A DNA stretch of 64,000 nt from Dictyostelium discoideum. Lineage: Eukaryota. Of this stretch, positions 57,107-64,000 are shown in pieces. The notes under the pieces are model-generated. The model saw nothing but the letters and a program-made list of their open reading frames with translations. It was not told the DNA's origin and ran no database searches. Within the stretch, counting starts at the first letter, position 1, and each line of letters begins with the position of its first letter. The DNA is taken from contig CM000150.2 in NCBI GenBank assembly GCA_000004695.1, forward strand, positions 1,312,001-1,376,000, in the 5' to 3' direction. The translations under genes were made by a program, and so were the position numbers.

Positions 57107-58695
57107 AATTAATAATAATAATTACTATTTGTTGATAAAAGTGATAAAGTTATAGCAGCATTAATTGCAATTTGAATACAATGATCATTTTTATCAGTTA
57201 TAATATTTTTTAAAGGATTAATACCACCAACTTTAATGATTGCAATTTGATTTTCAATATTTTCAGCCAAGAATGATAAAGTGGCAGTAGTATGAAGTAG
57301 TACTTTTTCAGAGGAAGAATTTAACATTAAAACCAATGGTGGTAAAGCACCACATTCCACTACTTTTCTTTGATACTTTTGGTGAAATGCCAATATCGAT
57401 AATGCTTGTGAAGAAGTCTCTTGCAAGAAAACATCATCTTGCAATGCGATAGCAATGAATGATTGCAAACCACCACCTTGTACAACTTGGTCACGTGATA
57501 GCGGATTCTTTGTTAAATTTAATAATACTATGGAACTGGAATTCTTGATTTGTATATTATAACTTCTAGACATCTTTATTAAAATTGGTAAACATTTATC
57601 TGCCAATTCTGTCTTTACTACAATATTCTCTTCACAACTTAAATATTGAAAACATATACAAACATTTAAAAAACTTTCAAAATCTTCGTCATGAATAATT
57701 AATTGTTGATCATTATATTCTTCTTCTTCCTCCCCTTCTCTCTCTTCTTTTTCTCCTCTTCCACTTTTTCCTCCTCTATTTTTATTATTATTATTATTTA
57801 CATTTTTATTATTAAAATTATTATTACTATCTCTACTTTTATTTTCAAAATTATTTTGATCAACATTTGATGAACTATTATTATTATATTGATTTTTAAA
57901 ACTATCTAATAAATAATTTACTAATAAATTTAAAAAATTTGCTTCAAGTATATCAATTCTTGAAATATCTATATATATATGTATATTATTTTTAGTTTGT
58001 ATGATTAATAAAAAAATTAAAATTTTTTTTTAAAATTTTTTTTTTATTTTTAATTTACACATACCACATTCAGATAAATTTGCAATTGCTCTTGTTAAAT
58101 GTTTATATACAATAGAGTTGCCATTATAGAATAAAGATGATAATGGTGTTAAGAAACCTCTAATGATCATCTTTCTTGCTAATGAGTCAGTACTTAAATT
58201 ACAGAATCCTTTTGCAGCTTCAATTTTATTTTTAATTTCATTTGATTGTGCAAGTTTTGAATAAGTTGTTAAATCTGAACATCTATTACAAATTCTAACT
58301 GGTTTATTATAGTGTAATTGTGGTAATGATTGTCTTTTACTTGTACAATTATTACAAAATAAATTACCACAACCTCTACAATGATGTCTTCTTAATAGTG
58401 TATTAAATTGTGATTGACAATTTAAACAACATTCTTCTTGATGATCAGGTACCCATATTGGTCTCCATATCTTTTGAAGATTGTTATCTGTATTATTATT
58501 TAAATTATTATTATTATTATTATTATTATTTAAATTGTTATTATTGTTGTTGTTGTTTTTATTGTTGGTATTATTTACAGTTGAAGGGGATGATGATGAA
58601 GATGATGATGATAATGATAATGAAGAAGAGGAAGAATAAGAATGTGATGATCCTAATACTGCTCCCGTAGTTCCTGTAGTTGATGATGTTGACAT
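56763..58695 (-). CDS. FYVE zinc-finger + armadillo-repeat protein, ~581 aa; exons 58065..58695, 57126..57968 and 56763..57034
   Basis: Exon 1 has a poly-S/poly-N N-terminus and a FYVE finger: WVPDHQEECCLNCQSQFNTLLRRHHCRGCGNLFCNNCTSKRQSLP...VRICNRCSDL; ...LSEC plus G, donor GTATGT (58064). Acceptor tatAG (57970-57969). Exon 2 is (D)ISRIDILEANFLN...acidic/N-rich linker...ADKCLPILIKMSRSYNIQIKNSSSIVLLNLTKNPLSRDQVVQGGGLQSFIAIALQDD...ARM-like repeats...LSLLSTN plus A, with donor GTAATT (57125). Acceptor tatAG (57036-57035). Exon 3 is (K)KLLPQLAQQDLVELLTKIVIVNYNNPSYELLLLAVKILGNLSFEKEVKNLIRRNQSMMNILRIMVHS...*. Confidence 0.72.
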
Positions 58696-58712
58696 TTAAT
58701 TCCTATTTTTTA

Positions 58713-58758
<46 letters not shown>

Positions 58759-59349
58759 ATATTGTCGCAAGTGTCAAATTTTAATTTTTATTATTTATTT
58801 GTTTGATTGAGGTGTGTGAGTGTGAGTGTGGGTGTGGTTGGGATGGAATCCAAAAAATTTAATTTTTTTTTTTTTTTTATTTTTTATTTTTTGAAATTTT
58901 GATTGTGTTGTGGTAGTGTTTTATTTTTATTTTTTTATTTTTTATTTTATTTTTTATTTTTAAAAATTTTATTTTTAACTTTTTTTTTATAATTATTATT
59001 ATTATTATTATTATTATTACTGCTATTAATTTATTTTTGGTATTGTTTGGAAAAAAAAAAAAAAGAGAAATCAAAACGTGAAAATATATATAAAAAATTT
59101 AAATTGGCAAATAAAACAAAAGAAACTTTAAGTAACTGTATATGACAGTATGGAAAATAGAAAATTTGATTCTTTTGAATTTTTTTTGAATTTTTTTTTT
59201 TTTATTTTGTTTTATTTTATTTTTTTATTTTAATTTTTTTTTATTTTTTTTTAAAAAAAAAAAAAAAAAAAAAAATCAAATAAAAAAAAAAATTAAAAAA
59301 AAAAAGATTTATCTGCAAAGATGAGGGTTTCTATAAAATTTTTCAAATT

Positions 59350-59384
<35 letters not shown>

Positions 59385-59492
59385 ATAATTCTATTTATAA
59401 AATTTAAATTAGATTTCTTTAAAGAATGTCCGATTATTTTTCTTTTTTATTTTTTTTTAATTTTTTTTTTTTTATTTTTTTATTTTTTTTTT

Positions 59493-60547
59493 TCAGTCAA
59501 ATAAATAAAATGGTGTTCCAAAAAAAGTGATAGGAGAGCAAGTACGAATATTTGCATTTAATGAATTAATTTTTTCAATATCATCATTTGATAATTGGAA
59601 GTCAAAAATATTGAAATTTTCAATGATACGAGAATGATTTCCAGATTTTGGAATAGCTGCAATACCTCTTTGATTTAACCATTTAAAAATAACATTTGCA
59701 ACTGATTTTTTATATTTACCAGCTATTGATTTTAGGATTTTATTACTAAAAAAATCACATTTACCTTGGCCTAATGGACTATATGCAACTAATTTAATTT
59801 CATATTTATCACAATATTCTTGTAATTTAAATTGAGTTAAGTATGGATGAATTTCAACTTGATTTACAACTGGTTTAATTTTTGCATATGTTAAAAGATC
59901 AACTAAATTTTGAACATTAAAATTTGAAACACCAATAGATTTTACTAAACCAAGTTCAACTAGTTTTTCCATTTCTTGCCAAGTTTCACGAATTGATACT
60001 GGTGCAATTATTGGATTGCCATTTTGATCTCTTAATGGTTCAATTGTCAATCCTAATGGATTTGAATTTTCAAACGCAATTGGCCAATGAATTAAATATA
60101 AATCTAAATAACCAATTCCTAAATCCTCAATTGTCTTTACACAATGTTTAACAACCAAGTTTGAATTATGACATGAATTCCAAAGTTTACTTGTATAAAA
60201 TATATCTTCTCTTTTAATTTCACCCTCTTTAAAGATCTCTTTTAAAGAATTTCCAATCACTTTTTCATTACCATAAAATGCAGCACCATCAATATGTCTA
60301 TATCCTTTTTTTTTATTATTATTTTTTTTTTTTTAAATATAATTAATTATTTTTTAATTATTCCTAAGATTGGAATAAAATTTTAAAAATTACCATTTTT
60401 TAAAGCATTGTTAATAGCATCCCCAACTTCACCAGGATTTTCACTATAATATGTCCCAAGACCAATTGATGGTATTTGATTTCCATCATTTAATTTAAAA
60501 TTATTATTATTATAATTGGTATTATTATTATAATTATTTTGAAACAT
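59493..60547 (-). CDS. Aldo-keto reductase (AKR1 aldose/aldehyde reductase-like), ~321 aa; exons 60394..60547 and 59493..60304
   Basis: Exon 1 is MFQNNYNNNTNYNNNNFKLNDGNQIPSIGLGTYYSENPGEVGDAINNALKN plus G, with donor GTAATT (60393). Acceptor aaaaAG (60306-60305). Exon 2 is (G)YRHIDGAAFYGNEKVIGNSLKEIFKEGEIKREDIFYTSKLWNSCHNSNLVVKHC...LDLYLIHWPIAFEN...ETWQEMEKLVELGLVKSIGVSNFNVQNL...VNQVEIHPYLTQFKLQEYCDKYEIKLVAYSPLGQGK...IPKSGNHSRIIENFNIFDFQLSNDDIEKINSL...*. Canonical AKR catalytic tetrad context is present (D...Y...K...H). Confidence 0.88.
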
Positions 60548-60889
60548 TTTAATTAATTATAATAAATTATAAGAAAAAAAAAAAAGAATTTATTAAAGAA
60601 ACAAATTTATTTTTTTTTTTAATATTTAAATTTTAGTTTAAACATATTACATATTTTATGTCCTTTTATAAAAATTAAAAATAATTATCACCAAATTATA
60701 ACTTTCAGATATAAAAAAAATTAAAAAAGTAAATTACAAGAAAATTGTGTTTAACACGAGCATAGAATTAATTTTTTTTTTTTTTTTCCAAAATAAAATT
60801 TTTTTTAAAAATTAATTTTAATTAATTATTGAATTTATTAATAGATAGAATATAATAAAAAAAATACTTTTAGTACATGAACCACAATA

Positions 60890-61380
60890 CTGATGGATTT
60901 GAATTTTCAAATGCAATTGGCCAATGAATTAAATATAAATCTAAATAACTAATTCCTAAATCCTCAATTGTCTTTTTACAATGTTTAATAACTAATTTGA
61001 ATTATAACATGAATTCCAAAGTTTACTTGTATTCTCTTTTAATTTCACCCTCTTCAAAAATTTCTTTTAATGAAATTCCAATCACTTTTTCATTACGATA
61101 AATTGCAGCACCATCAATATGTATATATCCTTTTTTTTTTTTTTTTTTTTTTTAAAAATTTATAAAAAAAAAATTATTTTTTTAAAAATTCTTAAGATTG
61201 GCGGTAAAAAATTTTAAAATTACTATTTATGAACATTTTGTGATTAAAAAGAATAAAAAACAGTTAAATTAAAATTTTTTTTTTTTTTTTTTGTGCGGAA
61301 ATTTCCAATTCCTAAATGTTTAATTGTATTTTGACAATGTATAATAACTAATTATGGCATGTTGTTGAACATTATCACCA
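60890..61380 (-). pseudogene. Truncated, decayed duplicate fragments of the adjacent aldo-keto reductase gene (5' part of exon 2 + intron + 3' end of exon 1, then a further, shorter and more degenerate piece at ~61300-61375)
   Basis: 60898-61140 aligns with 60050-60300 of the intact gene ('ggatttgaattttcaaa[t/c]gcaattggccaatgaattaaatataaatctaaataac...') with substitutions and an ~11-nt deletion. 61140-61260 matches the intron ('...ttcttaagattggcggtaaaaaattttaaaattac' versus '...ttcctaagattggaataaaattttaaaaattacc'). No open frame. Confidence 0.8.
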
Positions 61381-61980
61381 TAATTTATTATATAGTTTAA
61401 AATTTTATAAAATAATTAAAATAGCGGCCTAAAATAAAAATAATTAAATTATAATATTAATGAATGTAAATTATATGAATAATGATTCTTATTTAATTTT
61501 TTTTTTTTTTTATATTTAGTTTCCGAAGCGACTGAGAAAATTATAAAATTTTGACACATAATTTATTATCGTATGAGGGTGAGAACGAATCTAATTATAG
61601 TACTTTGATAATACATAATTATGTTGATACAAATCTAATTGTAGTATTTTGATAATATATATTTATATTGAAAAGGTATGTATTCCAAAGCTTTTTAACA
61701 AAACTGCAACAACGCTATATTTATATATATCTTCTATCTTAATTTTGTCCTTTTCGAAACTAATAAAAAAAGAAATCTGTTTAATTGTTTTTATTTTTAA
61801 AAATAAAAAAAAGAAATAAGGGTTAATAATAATAATAATAATATTAAAAAAAAAAAAAATTTGAATTTTTAAATTGAAAACAATTTCCTTTTTTCTTTTT
61901 TTCTTATATAAATGGACTTTTATATTTATTTTTAATTTTATTTATTTATTTATTTTTTATAATTTTTTTTTAATCAAATA

Positions 61981-62741
61981 ATGGAATATTCCAAAAACTA
62001 AATGGGCAATAAGCACGAAAATTTGAATTTAATGAATTAATTTTTTCAATATCATCATTTGATAATTGGAATTCAAAAATATTAAAATTTTAAATTATAT
62101 GAGAATGATTTGCAGATTTTGGAATAGCTGCAATACCTCTTTGATTTAACCATTTAAAAATAACATTTGCAACTGATTTTTTATATTTATCAGCTATTGA
62201 TTTTAGGATTTCATTATTAAAAAAATCACATTTACCTCTACTTAATGGACTATATGCAGCTAATTTAATTTCATATTTATCACAATATTCTTGTAATTTT
62301 AGTTAAGTTAAGTATGGATGAATTTCAACTTGATTTACAAATGGTTTAGTTTTTGCATATGTTAAAATTTGAAACACCAATTGATTTTACTAAACCAAGT
62401 TCAACTAATTTTTCCATTTCTTGCCAAGTTTCACGAATTGATATTGGTGCAATTTTTTGATAACCATTTTCATCTTTTATCCAATCAATTGTAACATCTG
62501 ATGGATTTGCATTTTTAAATGCAATTGGCCAATGAATTAAATATAAATCTAAATAACCAATTCCTAAATCCTCAATTGTCTTTTCACAATGTTTAATAAC
62601 TAAATTTGAATTATGACATGAATTCCATACTTGTATAAAATATATCTTCTCTTTTAATTTCACACTCTTCAAAAATTTCTTTTAATGAATTTCCAATAAC
62701 TTTTTCATTCCTATAAAATGCAGCACCATCAATATGTCTAT

Positions 62742-62758
<17 letters not shown>
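61981..62758 (-). pseudogene. Second, longer degenerate copy of the aldo-keto reductase gene (covers most of exon 2), disrupted by internal deletions and frameshifts
   Basis: Colinear with 59505-60300 of the intact gene. The ORF-track fragment 62346..62672 is 108 aa (MKSVKLKEKIYFIQVWNSCHNSNLVIKHCEKTIEDLGIGYLDLYLIHWPIAFKNANP...ETWQEMEKLVELGLVKSIGVSNFNICKN). Deletions relative to the intact copy include loss of '...gatcaactaaattttgaacatt...' near 62360 and loss of ~15 nt near 62640; a stop follows ...GVSNFN. Confidence 0.8.
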
Positions 62759-62781
<23 letters not shown>

Positions 62782-63258
62782 AATAAAATTTAATAATATC
62801 TCCTCTTTTGAACTAATATCATTTTATTTATAGTTAATGATTATATAAATTAAAAAATTAACATAGAAGATCAAAAATTAATTATTAAAATATTTAAGGA
62901 AATTAATTTTTGAAAATATTAAAAAAAGATAAAAAAATAAAATAAAAAAAGAAAAAAAAAATAAAATAAAATTAAAAAAATAATTAATTCATTGCCAATA
63001 CAAAATATTTTTTTTTGTTTTTTAATTTTTTTTATCAAATCAAATTATTAAATTTTCATTCACTTTTTTTTTTTATTTTTTTTTTTTTTTATTTTTTTAA
63101 TTTTTTTTTTTTTATTTTTTAAAATTACAAATAAAAACAACACATACATCACCACAGCACTCACAAAAAATAGAAAGAAATAAATAAATAAATAAAATAA
63201 AATAAAACAATAATAATAATAATAAAAATTATTAAATAATAGTAATAATAAAATAATT

Positions 63259-64000
63259 ATGTCAATTTTTGCGTATAGCATATTGGCTGGATTAGCACCA
63301 TTATTATCATCATCAATTCCTTTTTTCACATTAAGGAATAGAAATATAAATGCATCAGTGTTTCATATACTGTTGTGTATATCAGCAGGTTTATTATTTG
63401 CAGTTGCTTCACTAGAGCTAATACCAGAATCTATGAATTTAGCACTTAGATCATTTGAAGAATCAACAAAAACACAAACATCACTTAAATCAACTACAAC
63501 AAAAACAACAACAACAACAACAACAATTGGTAATATAAAACTTCAAAAGAGTTTTATAAGTAATAGTGAAGATAGTTTAAATGAATTTCATAGTTTAGAC
63601 AATGAAATTAATAAACCTCCAATTGAAGGTTTAAATTTAAATAATTTAAATCAAGCAACAAACTTGGATAATAATGAAGAAGATAATGATAATTTAGATA
63701 ATGATGGTGAAAATGAGATTGAAAATGATCATGACCATGATCACCAAGAAGATGAAGGTGGTGATAATGATCATGATCATGAAAGTGAAGAAAAGAAAGA
63801 ATTTTTAAAAATTCCAATGTATGGTATTGGGTTTGGTTTTGCAATTTTAATTATAGTAGAATCAATATTTAGTTCAATTGATGGTGGTGGTGGTGGTGGT
63901 GGTCATCATTCTCATAGTCATGGTTCATTATCATCCTCTTCATCAAATGATGTAATTAGTGATTATATTAGTAATAATAATAGTAATAATATTAATAATA
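63259..64000 (+). CDS. ZIP-family (Zrt/Irt-like) metal-ion transporter, N-terminal ~247 aa; 3' end lies outside the window
   Basis: ATG at 63259. MSIFAYSILAGLAPLLSSSIPFF...VFHILLCISAGLLFAVASLELIPES, followed by a His/Asp-rich cytosolic loop (ENDHDHDHQEDEGGDNDHDHESEEKK) and a second His cluster (GGGGGGGHHSHSHG). The frame stays open to the window end. It is not in the ORF track because there is no stop codon within the window. Confidence 0.7.
   Translation, partial: MSIFAYSILAGLAPLLSSSIPFFTLRNRNINASVFHILLCISAGLLFAVASLELIPESMNLALRSFEESTKTQTSLKSTTTKTTTTTTTIGNIKLQKSFISNSEDSLNEFHSLDNEINKPPIEGLNLNNLNQATNLDNNEEDNDNLDNDGENEIENDHDHDHQEDEGGDNDHDHESEEKKEFLKIPMYGIGFGFAILIIVESIFSSIDGGGGGGGHHSHSHGSLSSSSSNDVISDYISNNNSNNINN

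Overview
The window is AT-rich (~75-80% A+T) with long poly(A)/poly(T) tracts, abundant (AAT)n/(TTA)n/(CAA)n microsatellites, poly-N/poly-Q coding runs and short AT-rich introns with GTAAGT/GTATGT donors and (T)nAG acceptors. This is the signature of Dictyostelium discoideum nuclear DNA; the organism call is an inference from composition and protein homologies, not a database hit. No prokaryotic structures (operons, CRISPR) are present and I found no convincing tRNA or rRNA genes. I resolved about 30 protein-coding genes by hand-splicing; most are conserved eukaryotic housekeeping genes. They are: a TM9SF/nonaspanin (5'-partial), BCKDH E1-beta (bkdB), a TMEM42-like protein, class-I histone deacetylase (495 aa, five exons), cystathionine beta-synthase, a phospholipase-B-like Ntn hydrolase, Rab GDI, enolase-phosphatase E1, myotrophin, AAGAB/p34, p23/Sba1, a SAPS (PP6 regulatory) protein, EMC8/9, serine palmitoyltransferase subunit 1, a FYVE+armadillo protein, an aldo-keto reductase and a ZIP transporter (3'-partial). 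Several lineage-specific or low-complexity proteins are also present: two very long Q/N-rich proteins, a SWIM zinc-finger protein, a P-loop kinase-like protein, a twin-Cx9C protein, a tetraspan membrane protein and a 79-aa tail-anchored protein missed by the ORF track. Findings of note: (1) a tandem array of one intact aldo-keto reductase gene followed by two or three decayed copies; (2) an apparent 1-nt frameshift or missing micro-exon at the start of the SAPS gene; (3) very small first coding exons (5 nt in p23, 34 nt in hda); (4) a less AT-rich ~1 kb island carrying decayed Ser/Thr-rich ORF remnants and an intron-like signal, possibly a pseudogene or mobile-element relic; (5) an inverted pair of ~150-bp AAT/TTA microsatellites; (6) (TG)n and G/T-rich islands that are unusual for this genome; (7) a His/Gly decapeptide-repeat tail on an epoxide-hydrolase-like protein. 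All coordinates were derived by manual counting, so individual splice sites may be off by a few nucleotides.
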